A stretch of DNA of 64,000 nt from Phycisphaerales bacterium (GTDB lineage: Bacteria > Planctomycetota > Phycisphaerae > WQYP01). This document shows positions 50,153 to 59,653 of the stretch, piece by piece. Under the pieces are notes generated by a model. The model had not been told where the DNA came from. It ran no database searches and worked only from the letters and a program-made list of their open reading frames with translations. The stretch's first letter is position 1; each line of letters begins with the position of its first letter. Location: positions 70,979 to 134,978 of the forward strand of contig DAIDJN010000063.1 in NCBI GenBank assembly GCA_027451365.1, in the 5' to 3' direction. A program made the translations under genes and the position numbers.

Positions 50153-50421
50153 CCCGGTTCCCGCCCCTTTCCGGTGCCCGTTGGCCTTGGGCAAATGGGG
50201 ATCGGTTCCGATCCGACTGCGGCTATCGTCCGTCGCGGTCGGTATGCGGCCGGCGGGACCGCCGCGGCACGCTGCCGACCAAGCGAACTTAATAACGACG
50301 GACGTGACGATGCCATCGTTTCGTTCGCCCATTGGGCCGAAGGCTCGCCAGCTTTCCAACAATGACTCTGAATTCCGCGGCCTAAATGGCAGCTCCACGA
50401 AAGGCAGGCCCGCCAACCGGG
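50153..50421 (+). ncRNA. candidate structured RNA downstream of recA (family not recognised)
   Basis: At least 8 complementary stems including an end-to-end closing helix and a pseudoknot; G-U pairs favour the + strand. Confidence 0.45.
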
Positions 50422-50614
50422 ACCGAACACCGGTACCTCACCATGAGGCCTCAGCTTGGGGACCGTAGACTGCGAATTGCCAGCAAATATACCCCCCCTG
50501 TTTGGCTCTATTGCCGGGCCGTTTTGAAAACGGTCATTTCCGAATATTTTCCGACACGCCCAGACAAATTCAGGAAAAATTCTTATACTATGAACTGTTG
50601 GAAAAGGGTTGGCT

Positions 50615-51469
50615 ATGCAATCATCCTCTGTACGTGTTCTTCTGCCCCGAACGGCCGGCACCAATTGCGACCAGGAACTTGCCTGGGCGTTTGAACAGGC
50701 CGGTGCCGCGGTGACCAAACTTCACATCAACCGCCTGATGAACGCCCCCGATCAGTTGCGTCACTATCACATACTGGCATTGGCTGGTGGCTTTTCCTAC
50801 GGCGACGACATAGCCAGCGGAAAGATTTTCGCCAACCAGCTTGTGCATCATCTGAAAAATCCGCTGGAACAATGGGTACGGGATGGAAAGCTGATTATCG
50901 GCATCTGCAATGGCTTTCAAATTCTGGTCAAGGCGGGGCTGCTGCCCGGCCCGCTGCCGCAGTTTGCGCCAGAAGACACCCGCACCGCCACGCTTACCCA
51001 CAATTCGCACGCCCGCTTTGAGGACCGCTGGGTACGGCTTAAAACCTTTTCGAGTCTCTGCAAATGGATTCGGCCCGGCCAGTTGCTCCGCCTGCCAGTG
51101 GCCCATGGCGAAGGCCGCTTTATGGTTCGTTCGCCGGAAGTGCTTGCGGCCCTGCAGCAAAACGATCAGATAGTCTTGCGATATGTCGACGCAGGTGGCC
51201 AGGCGACCAGCGATTTTCCGGACAATCCCAACGGCAGCACCGACGCGATTGCCGGCATTTGCGATATCACCGGTCGTGTACTGGGCCTGATGCCACACCC
51301 CGAACGCTTTACCCAAATGCACCAGTCACCAGACTGGACGCGCGCCGACCAGACCGCCGATGGCATGCAAATTTTCCGGAACGCTGTTGATTTTGTGCAC
51401 GCGTCGCAATCGCTTGACATACAATCTTCAGAGAGCCTTCCGGTGGAACCGGCTGCCGCCGCCGGCTGA
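50615..51469 (+). CDS. purQ: phosphoribosylformylglycinamidine synthase subunit PurQ
   Basis: GTNCD, GGFSYGD, GICNGFQ, AHGEG, NPNGS, GLMPHPER. Confidence 0.95.
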   Translation: MQSSSVRVLLPRTAGTNCDQELAWAFEQAGAAVTKLHINRLMNAPDQLRHYHILALAGGFSYGDDIASGKIFANQLVHHLKNPLEQWVRDGKLIIGICNGFQILVKAGLLPGPLPQFAPEDTRTATLTHNSHARFEDRWVRLKTFSSLCKWIRPGQLLRLPVAHGEGRFMVRSPEVLAALQQNDQIVLRYVDAGGQATSDFPDNPNGSTDAIAGICDITGRVLGLMPHPERFTQMHQSPDWTRADQTADGMQIFRNAVDFVHASQSLDIQSSESLPVEPAAAAG

Positions 51470-51522
51470 TGCGGCCACATCCGCGCTGGTCAACACCGAA
51501 TCCAATACAAGGACCCACACGG

Positions 51523-53364
51523 ATGATACACGGCACGGAAGCTATCAGTCATAAAAAGCGGCACTGGATTCTGCCGCAGGCCATGCCGCGGGCCGCGGAC
51601 GTTGCGGCAACAGCCTGCGCGCTGGCCTGTCATCCGTTGGTCGCCAGACTGCTGCTGACGCGGCAGATCACAGACCTGGCGGAAGCCCGGGAATTTATTC
51701 ATCCGCAATTCAAAAATCTTCACCCTCCGGAAACGATTCCTGGCATGACCGCGGCTGCGGAACGTATCGCGGCGGCAATTCACCAGCGCGAGAAAATGAC
51801 CATTTATGGTGATTACGATGTGGACGGCATCACCGGAACGGCGATGCTGTGGCGACTGCTTAAAATGGCCGGCGCTGATTTTGATGTTTACATTCCGCAC
51901 CGTGTGGATGAAGGCTATGGAATTTCCTGTAAGGCTCTCCAGCAACTGGCTCAAAAAGGCACCCAACTGCTGGTGAGCGTAGACTGCGGCATTACTGCGA
52001 TTGAACCCATTGCCCAGGCCCGCCGTGCCGGCATGGATGTTGTGGTGACCGATCATCATGAAATGGGCGACACGCTGCCCGAGGCCAATGTGCTGGTTCA
52101 TCCCGGCCTGGATTCCACCGGGCAGGCGAACCGGCATCTGTGCGGAGCGGGTGTGGCATATAAACTGGCATGGGCCATTGGTGCGCGACTTTGCAATTCG
52201 CCACGGCTTACCGGCGGGTATCGGAGCCTGATGGTGGAATTTTCAGCACTGGTGGCTCTGGCCACCATCGCCGATGTGGTTCCGCTGACCGGGGAAAACC
52301 GCTTGCTGGCGCGGTTCGGCCTGGCGCAACTGCCGCGTTCGTCGCTGGTCGGCATTCAGGCGCTGATTTCGGCCGCCGGTCTGACGAACAAAACAATTGA
52401 TGGCACGGCCGTGGGCTTTCTGCTGGCACCGCGGCTTAATGCGGCCGGTCGAATGGATCACGCCTCGGAAGCGGTTGAACTTTTAACCACAGATGATGCA
52501 GCCCGCGCAACTGAACTTGCGGATTATCTGGAAGAGCAGAATATGGATCGCCAGGGCACCGAACGCAAAATTACCGCCGCTGCGCTAAAAATGGCGCGCG
52601 AACCGCGGGATATGCCACCCGCCATCGTGTTGTGCAGCCAGGACTGGCACGCCGGCGTGGTGGGCATCGTCGCTTCACGCCTGGTGGACGCTTTCAATCG
52701 CCCGACGTTTATCCTCTCGCAGGATGGGGCGCAAGCCGCCGGGTCTGGACGCAGCATTAAGGGCATTCCACTGCATGAAGCCATTGAATTCTGCCGCGAT
52801 CTTCTGATCAGCGGTGGTGGTCATGCCGCTGCAGGCGGCGTTCGGCTGGAATCCGGAAAGGTGGAAGCGTTCCGTCAGCGTCTGTGTGAATTTGTCCGCA
52901 ACCACTATCCGCAATTGCAATTCGCCGCCGCACTGGATTTGGATGGCGAACTCACGGAAGCCGATCTGGACCTTCAGGCCGTGCGCGAACTGGAAAACCT
53001 GGCACCGTTCGGCTGCGGCAATCCACGTCCGAAATTTCTGATCGCCGGTGCAAGATTGGCTACCGCGCCCCGTCGCATGGGTGCGGCGGGCGGGCACCTG
53101 CAACTGCAACTTCGCATCGGCACGCAAACCGCACGGGCAGTGGCGTTCCGCATGGGCCTTCTGGAGCCATATCTGCCCGTCGGCCTGGAAATTGACTTGG
53201 TGGTGGAACCACGAATTGACACCTACAAGGGCCGCACACGCCTGGACCTGCACGTTGTGGACCTTCGCAGATCCGATGGCAGATTTCTGGAACCTATTGT
53301 TCAGACAGCCCGCACGGACATCGCGCGCGAAATTACACCCGCCGCATTACATCCCACCGTTTGA
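51523..53364 (+). CDS. recJ: single-stranded-DNA exonuclease RecJ
   Basis: YGDYDVDG, VDCG, TDHH, APRLNAAGR, GSGRS, GGHAAAGG. Alternative start at 51469. Confidence 0.95.
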   Translation: MIHGTEAISHKKRHWILPQAMPRAADVAATACALACHPLVARLLLTRQITDLAEAREFIHPQFKNLHPPETIPGMTAAAERIAAAIHQREKMTIYGDYDVDGITGTAMLWRLLKMAGADFDVYIPHRVDEGYGISCKALQQLAQKGTQLLVSVDCGITAIEPIAQARRAGMDVVVTDHHEMGDTLPEANVLVHPGLDSTGQANRHLCGAGVAYKLAWAIGARLCNSPRLTGGYRSLMVEFSALVALATIADVVPLTGENRLLARFGLAQLPRSSLVGIQALISAAGLTNKTIDGTAVGFLLAPRLNAAGRMDHASEAVELLTTDDAARATELADYLEEQNMDRQGTERKITAAALKMAREPRDMPPAIVLCSQDWHAGVVGIVASRLVDAFNRPTFILSQDGAQAAGSGRSIKGIPLHEAIEFCRDLLISGGGHAAAGGVRLESGKVEAFRQRLCEFVRNHYPQLQFAAALDLDGELTEADLDLQAVRELENLAPFGCGNPRPKFLIAGARLATAPRRMGAAGGHLQLQLRIGTQTARAVAFRMGLLEPYLPVGLEIDLVVEPRIDTYKGRTRLDLHVVDLRRSDGRFLEPIVQTARTDIAREITPAALHPTV

Positions 53365-53766
53365 CCTTTCGCGCCCCAGGCAAATTCCGTCCAACCAATG
53401 CGGAATCTTCATCACACAAATCGATTCGGCGGCAACAAGCGCCAACGGCGCGTTCAAACCTCATCTGGATAAATGGGGCGCTTGGGGCGGTGAACTTATT
53501 TTCAGTCCGCAATCCTGAAATGCGATAGATGTTGTACCCGTCCGCAGACCCCATGCGCGGCGGGCCGCCAGGATCGCGTTATTTGACTATCTCTTAGGCA
53601 GGAACTTCCGCCGCATCCTAATTGTGCGGCAGTCCGAATAATAAAACGCGCGCGAATGGGGGCGGGCCTGTGACAAATATTTTTTGAAAGGGCAAATTTC
53701 ATCGGTTTTAGCTCAATTTTTGTATTCCGTCCGGCGGAGGAAATATTTTTTGAGGTTTTAGTGAAT

Positions 53767-53782
53767 TGGCACGTTAGTTGCA
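53767..53782 (+). promoter_or_regulatory. sigma-54 (-24/-12) promoter
   Basis: TGGCACG-TTAG-TTGCA, exact match to TGGCACG-N4-TTGCW, with AT-rich sequence upstream. Confidence 0.85.
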
Positions 53783-53792
53783 TTATTAGTCT

Positions 53793-54062
53793 GGTGCGAG
53801 CTGAGGCATCGAAGTGAAGATGCGAGAGGCAGACAGAGGCAAGTGTGACTGGGAAGCCAGTCATGGTTGCCGGGAAGACAGGAGCAGAGAAGTCTTCACG
53901 AGCCTCAGCCGTATTGAAAATTCAGGTGCATGGTGCAGACCAAAAAGCTTAAGCACAAATTGGGGGTCTGTGTCTGATTGATCTGCTCCATGCATTTCCC
54001 AAACTCGTTTCCTCCTCCGCCAGGCCGTGTGGATATACCCTCCTCCACACGGCTTTTTTTTT
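53793..54062 (+). ncRNA. candidate sigma-54-dependent small RNA (~270 nt)
   Basis: Bounded by a sigma-54 promoter and a terminator; two long stem domains; CCTCCTCC tracts at the 3' end. Confidence 0.6.
54022..54062 (+). terminator. intrinsic terminator
   Basis: AGGCCGTGTGGA/TCCACACGGCTT hairpin plus T-run. Confidence 0.9.
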
Positions 54063-54314
54063 GCGCGCCGCGAATCGGATTCCCGTCATTCCGCGATTGC
54101 GACCGCGATCGCCCATTGGACACTGCCAATCGCTGATCTGCCAATTGCACTCCGGAATTTAAAATTTTTTCCCTGAAATTGGCATCCGACGCCCAATTCC
54201 TGCGCCGCCGCGTGCCACCTCTGTTACATTCCGCCATCCCCCCGCATAATACCGACATCAGGATATTCCTGCCGCGGAGGCAGACGAACTGTGGATCAAC
54301 TTCAGAGGCGACTT

Positions 54315-57300
54315 ATGCCCGATGTTCTGCCGCCGACAACCGATGATCAGAATATTCCCGCCAGTGCCGCGGCTGCAATTCAGGAAGCGCAACTTGCCGC
54401 GGAAATCCGCCAGGGGCGATCGCGCTTTCTGGCGATGGCCATCGCCTACGCTTTGGGTAATTTTAACGACAACTTCATGAAGCAGTCGGTCAGTCTGCTG
54501 GCTGTTGCCCATCACCATGCCGCGCTTCAGGGCTGGATTTCCACATTTTATACGCTGCCATTTCTGCTTTTTGCCGCCCCGGCGGGCTGGATGGCCGACC
54601 GTTTCAGCCGCCGCAATGTGGTCATTTTTGCCAAAGCCATGGAATTGCTGTTTCTTAGCCTTGGGGCCTGGGCGGTGCTGACGCTCAACTGGCCAGTCAT
54701 TATCACGGTTATTTTTCTGATGGCCTTTCAGGCCAATATATTCGGGCCATCGCTGGTGGGCAGTATTCCGGATATTTATCCAGCCAGTTTCGTAGTCGAG
54801 GCCAATTCGCGACTTAAATCCATCATCACCGCGGCCATACTGGTTGGCGTGATAGTGGCGGGTATCGCCCTTAGCGCCAGTGGCATGGTCCACCTGCCGG
54901 GTTTTCTTCGGCCCGCCGGCCATGGGGCGGCGCACGCATCGGCGGTAACAGCAGGGGGAAAATCCGCAACAGCCGTGCATTCGGTGGTAATACCGAATGG
55001 AGATATATCCCGCGGCAGAGTGGTAGTCGCGGTGATTCTGGTATGTGTCGCGATTGCGGGATTGCTGGTGAGCTTTGGCGTTCCCCGCCGCGCGCCCGCA
55101 AATCCGAAAGCGGCATTTCCCTGGGCGGGTCCGCTGAATTCTGCGTTTGAACTTCATCGCCTCTGGCCGGATCGGCTGCTGCGAACCGCCATCCTCGCGG
55201 ACAGCTATTTCTGGCTGATCGCGGTGTTGCAGGTTCTGGTTATTAATCAGATGGGCATCGCACAGTTTCACCTGACCAAACTTCGCACCAGCTACCTTTC
55301 GCTGGCGGAACTCGTTGGCGTGGTAATGGGTTCACTGGTTGCGGGCAAAATTACCAAGCGCGAAGCCGGACTTTGGGCCAGTGCCCCGGCGGCCGGAGCG
55401 TTGGCGCTGTTTTTAATTGCCATCGGTGCCGCCCCGCTGCTTCCGGCAGATGCCAGACTTGCTTTCTGTGTTTTTGTGCTGGCTGGCGCGGGCGTATCCG
55501 GTGGAATTATGATGGTGCCGCTGGAAAGCTTTTTCCAGGTCCGTCCGGCGGCCGAACACCGCGGCCGGGTGATTGCGGCGGCATGGTTTGTCGGCTATGT
55601 GGGCATTTTATGCGGCAGTCTGCTGTACACGCCGTTAAGCAGCGCATTCAAGCCAACCGCCATATTCATGATCGGCGGCTTTGCCACCATTCCCGTGGCG
55701 CTGTGGATGTCCACCGTTTTCGTTCGCAATCGGCCGGGCATAGCATCCTGGCCGGCACGGGTCTTGTGCCTGAAGGCCCGCTGCATTCTGCCGCTGCGCT
55801 ACCGTGTCAGGGTAAATGGAATTGATGCCGTTGCGCAAAAAGGCCGCAATGGAATTCTTTTTTTGCCCAATCATCCAGCCCTGATTGACCCGGTTATTGT
55901 CACCGCGTGGCTGCATGGCCGCTTCGCCGTGCGTCCGCTGGCGCTGGAAAATCAGATACACAAACCGATTGTCCGGCAAATCGCGGACATTCTGGGCGTA
56001 CTGCCCATCGCCGACGTTTCCAGAGTGGATCGCGAAGCGGCGGACCGCGCCGACGAAGCCATTGGAACCTGCATTGAAGCCCTGCGGCGCGGCGAAAATG
56101 TGCTGCTTTATCCGGCGGGCCGCATTATGCGGTCGCGGGTGGAAAAACTCGGCGCTGTCAGCGGCGCCCATCGGATACTCAGGGAATTGCCGGATATCCG
56201 TGTGGTGCTGGTGCGCACCACCGGCCTGTGGGGCAGCAGTTTCGGCTGGGCGGCCGGCGGCGCGCCGGATCTGGCCAGAGGCCTGCTTGAGCATCTTCCC
56301 GCCCTGCTGGCCAGTGGACTGTTCTTCGCCCCGCGGCGCGCCGTAACCGTGACTCTGGCCGAACCGGCGGATATCCCCCGGACTGCTGATAAATCTACAT
56401 TTAATACATATCTTGATTCGTTTTATAATGCCGATGCGCCCGCCGCCCGCTATATTCCTTACAGCCGGTGGGAAACCGGCAGTCCCCATGACCTGCCCGA
56501 ACCGCGGGCCGCAACCGCCGCCGCCGCGGATGCCGATATTCCCCCCGCCACACGCCAGATCATCCTTGATTATCTGCGCCAGGAAACCGGCGCGGCGGCG
56601 GTGAGTGAGACCCAGCAGCTTGCCGGCGACCTGGGGATGGACAGCCTGGCGGTGACCGACCTGATATTCTGGCTGGAAAAGGAATTCGCCGTGGCCGTAC
56701 CCAATGTCGAAGCGCTGCAATCCGTCGCGGATGTCATGCGGGCGGCCTGTGGAAAGCTATCCGCCGAAGCCTTCGATGTTCGCATCACACCCCCCACTGC
56801 CGCCTGGATGAAGGATTCTTCTGATGAGCGTGTGCAGATTCCCCCCGGTCATACCATTCAGGAAGTGTTTCTGACACAGGCTCTGATGAATCCGGGGCGG
56901 ATCGCCGCCGCCGACCTGCAGCGCGGCCCTCGAACCTATCGCGATCTGCTCACCTCCCTTTTCGCCCTGCGGGGGCCGATATCCAATCTTCCGGGAAATT
57001 ACATTGGCATTCTGCTACCGGCCTCGGTTGCGGTGGATACGGTTTTTCTGGCGGCTCTTTTTTCCGGCAAAACACCCGTGATGATCAACTGGACCGCGGG
57101 CCAGCGGAATATCCGCCACGCCATGGACCTGCTGGGAATTCAGCACATTCTTACGTCTGAACTTCTGCTTCAGCGGCTGGCCGGCCAGGGTATTGACCTT
57201 TCCGACCTGCGATCCGCCATGGTCCCGCTGGAAAAGCTGGCCCAGAACCTGGGCATGCCCGAGAAACTTTCCGCCGCGATGAATGCCCGGCTTATGCCCC

Positions 57301-58412
57301 GCCGACTGCTGCGAATTCCCGGTCGCGGAAGTCTGGAAGCAAAGCCGAATTCCGTGGCCGTTGTGCTGTTTACCAGCGGTTCAGAATCACTTCCAAAAGC
57401 CGTCGGACTGACCCATGAAAACCTGCTGACCAATATTCATGATGCGCTGGAAAGTTTCCGGATATGCCGGTCTGACCGCTTTCTTGGCATGTTACCGCCG
57501 TTCCATTCCTTCGGCCTTACCGGCACCATGCTCCTTCCGATTCTTTCCGGTGTGCGGGTGGTGCATTACCCGAATCCGAATGATGTCACCACGCTGGCAA
57601 AACTGATTGCGGCATGGCGGGTTTCCATTCTGCTGGGCACGCCTACTTTTGTATCCAACATCATGCGGGCGGCCGGAGATGCGGATATGTCCGCAGTGCG
57701 GCTGTGCGTGACCGGCGCGGAAAAATGCCCCCCCGCGGTATATGACTTGCTCCGGAGCCGCTGCAAAAAGGCCAATATCCTGGAGGGTTATGGCATTACC
57801 GAATGCTCGCCCTTTGTTTCAGTTGTCCGACAGGAAAATCCGATGCCTGGAACCATTGGCCGTGCATTGCCTTCGGTAGAATGTCAGATTCTGGATATTG
57901 ATACCAATCAGCCCTGTCCGCCGGGCCGCACCGGCATGTTGCTGGTGCGTGGACCGAGCATTTTTCCCGGCTACCTGAACTATCAGGGTGCATCGCCATT
58001 TGTTCAATGGAACGGTCAGACCTGGTACAAAACCGGAGATCTGGTGGCCATGGACGCACAGGGAAACATGACATTTATGGGTCGACTGAAACGGTTTGTG
58101 AAAATCGGCGGAGAAATGGTCTCCCTTCCGGCCATTGAAGAAGTGCTGACAGCCCGGTTCCCCGCCGCCGCGGAGGCCGGTCCGGGAATTGCCGTCTTGC
58201 CCACGGCGGATGAGGACCATCCGGAACTGGTGCTGTTTACCACGCAGCAAATAGATCGTGCCGCGGCCAACGAAGCGATCCGTCAGGCCGGTCTCTCCGG
58301 TCTGCATAATGTGCGCATGATTCGCCAGATAAGTGCTATGCCCCTGTTGGGCACCGGCAAAACCGATTACCGCGCGCTGACCGAATTGCTGAAAACCAGC
58401 GGACCGGAATAA
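54315..58412 (+). CDS. Aas-like fusion: MFS lysophospholipid transporter + acyltransferase + acyl carrier domain + AMP-binding ligase
   Basis: LGNFNDN/GWMADRFSRR (LplT-like MFS), PNHPALID and LLYPAG (PlsC), LGMDSL (ACP), FTSGSESLPK, EGYGITE, YKTGD (adenylation). Confidence 0.9.
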   Translation: MPDVLPPTTDDQNIPASAAAAIQEAQLAAEIRQGRSRFLAMAIAYALGNFNDNFMKQSVSLLAVAHHHAALQGWISTFYTLPFLLFAAPAGWMADRFSRRNVVIFAKAMELLFLSLGAWAVLTLNWPVIITVIFLMAFQANIFGPSLVGSIPDIYPASFVVEANSRLKSIITAAILVGVIVAGIALSASGMVHLPGFLRPAGHGAAHASAVTAGGKSATAVHSVVIPNGDISRGRVVVAVILVCVAIAGLLVSFGVPRRAPANPKAAFPWAGPLNSAFELHRLWPDRLLRTAILADSYFWLIAVLQVLVINQMGIAQFHLTKLRTSYLSLAELVGVVMGSLVAGKITKREAGLWASAPAAGALALFLIAIGAAPLLPADARLAFCVFVLAGAGVSGGIMMVPLESFFQVRPAAEHRGRVIAAAWFVGYVGILCGSLLYTPLSSAFKPTAIFMIGGFATIPVALWMSTVFVRNRPGIASWPARVLCLKARCILPLRYRVRVNGIDAVAQKGRNGILFLPNHPALIDPVIVTAWLHGRFAVRPLALENQIHKPIVRQIADILGVLPIADVSRVDREAADRADEAIGTCIEALRRGENVLLYPAGRIMRSRVEKLGAVSGAHRILRELPDIRVVLVRTTGLWGSSFGWAAGGAPDLARGLLEHLPALLASGLFFAPRRAVTVTLAEPADIPRTADKSTFNTYLDSFYNADAPAARYIPYSRWETGSPHDLPEPRAATAAAADADIPPATRQIILDYLRQETGAAAVSETQQLAGDLGMDSLAVTDLIFWLEKEFAVAVPNVEALQSVADVMRAACGKLSAEAFDVRITPPTAAWMKDSSDERVQIPPGHTIQEVFLTQALMNPGRIAAADLQRGPRTYRDLLTSLFALRGPISNLPGNYIGILLPASVAVDTVFLAALFSGKTPVMINWTAGQRNIRHAMDLLGIQHILTSELLLQRLAGQGIDLSDLRSAMVPLEKLAQNLGMPEKLSAAMNARLMPRRLLRIPGRGSLEAKPNSVAVVLFTSGSESLPKAVGLTHENLLTNIHDALESFRICRSDRFLGMLPPFHSFGLTGTMLLPILSGVRVVHYPNPNDVTTLAKLIAAWRVSILLGTPTFVSNIMRAAGDADMSAVRLCVTGAEKCPPAVYDLLRSRCKKANILEGYGITECSPFVSVVRQENPMPGTIGRALPSVECQILDIDTNQPCPPGRTGMLLVRGPSIFPGYLNYQGASPFVQWNGQTWYKTGDLVAMDAQGNMTFMGRLKRFVKIGGEMVSLPAIEEVLTARFPAAAEAGPGIAVLPTADEDHPELVLFTTQQIDRAAANEAIRQAGLSGLHNVRMIRQISAMPLLGTGKTDYRALTELLKTSGPE

Positions 58413-58457
58413 CCCGCGCGGCTGTAAATTTTTGTTCCCAGGAGTTATCCTTTCACC

Positions 58458-59507
58458 ATGACCTTGCCCAAAACGTTCATAGTTACCGGATCCCCTGATC
58501 CCACGCCTTCCACCGATGCGCAAATCGCCGCGCGAATGGAGGCCTTTTCCAGCCATTTTTCCGCGATGGAAAACGAAATGGGAAAAGTGATTGTCGGCCA
58601 TCGCCAGATTATCCGCCACACGCTGCTGTGCCTGCTGACCGGCGGGCATGTGCTGCTGGAAGGCGTGCCGGGACTGGGTAAAACCCTGCTGGTGCGAACT
58701 TTGGCGCAGGTTCTGGACCTGACCTTTTCCCGCATTCAGTTCACACCAGATCTGATGCCCGCGGACATTATTGGCACCAGCATTCTGGTGGCCGATGCGA
58801 TGGGCAATCGAACCCTGCAGTTCCAACCCGGACCGCTGTTCGGCAATCTGATTCTGGCGGACGAAATCAACCGGGCCACACCCAAAACACAATCAGCCCT
58901 GCTGGAGGCGATGGCCGAACGAAGCGCCAGCGTGGGCCGCACCACGCACAAAATGCCCGAACCCTTTTTTGTTCTGGCCACCCAGAATCCGCTGGAAATG
59001 GAGGGAACCTATCCGCTGCCGGAAGCCCAGCTTGACCGCTTTGCCGTTAAATTGCGCGTGGAAATTCCCACGGAGGCCGAGCTTCTGGAAATTATGCAGC
59101 GCACCACAGGCACACTGCACGCAAGCTCTTTTACCCTTATTCACGCCGCCATGCTGGCCGATATGAAAAACATGGTGCGCCTTATTCCCATCAGCCATGA
59201 CTTGCAACGGTACATTGCGCGGCTGATCATGGCGACCCATGCGGAAAATCCAGCTGCCACCGACATGGTAAAACAATATGTCCGTCATGGCAGCAGCCCG
59301 CGCGGCGCTCAGTCTATCATGCTGATGGCCAAAGCAATGGCTCTGGTGCAAAACCGCCCTCACGCCTCGCTGGCCGATATTCAGGCGATGGCCATTCCCG
59401 CACTGGCCCACCGCCTGATCTGCTCCATTGAAGCATCTCTGGACGGCGTGACGCCCGAGGCTATCATCCGCGACCTGCTGACGCGCATTCTTCCAGAGCC
59501 AGACTGA
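58458..59507 (+). CDS. MoxR-family AAA+ ATPase
   Basis: LLEGVPGLGKT, RIQFTPDLMPAD, LADEINRATPKTQSALLEAM, GTYPLPEAQLDRF. Confidence 0.95.
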   Translation: MTLPKTFIVTGSPDPTPSTDAQIAARMEAFSSHFSAMENEMGKVIVGHRQIIRHTLLCLLTGGHVLLEGVPGLGKTLLVRTLAQVLDLTFSRIQFTPDLMPADIIGTSILVADAMGNRTLQFQPGPLFGNLILADEINRATPKTQSALLEAMAERSASVGRTTHKMPEPFFVLATQNPLEMEGTYPLPEAQLDRFAVKLRVEIPTEAELLEIMQRTTGTLHASSFTLIHAAMLADMKNMVRLIPISHDLQRYIARLIMATHAENPAATDMVKQYVRHGSSPRGAQSIMLMAKAMALVQNRPHASLADIQAMAIPALAHRLICSIEASLDGVTPEAIIRDLLTRILPEPD

Positions 59508-59653
59508 AATGCCCCAGCCTGCATTGACGGCCTTCGCATGGTTGCGTCATACTGCATAGCCATCAGACCCGGCATGCGGATGATCGGCGGGAATAGCCGA
59601 TGCCGGCAATATCCAGGAACGTTTGGACACGAATCCCAAATACGGAGGCGAAC

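Noticed and set aside
50197..50400. tmRNA (GGGGATC...CGAC start, AGCTCCAC end)
   Set aside because: Ends do not form an acceptor stem, no T-arm GTTC-A loop near the 3' end, and no frame encodes an ...LAA-type tag.
50150..50610. ZTP or PRPP riboswitch upstream of purQ
   Set aside because: Conserved aptamer sequences (GACUGGCG/CGCCUGGGC; CUAGGGUUCCG) not found.
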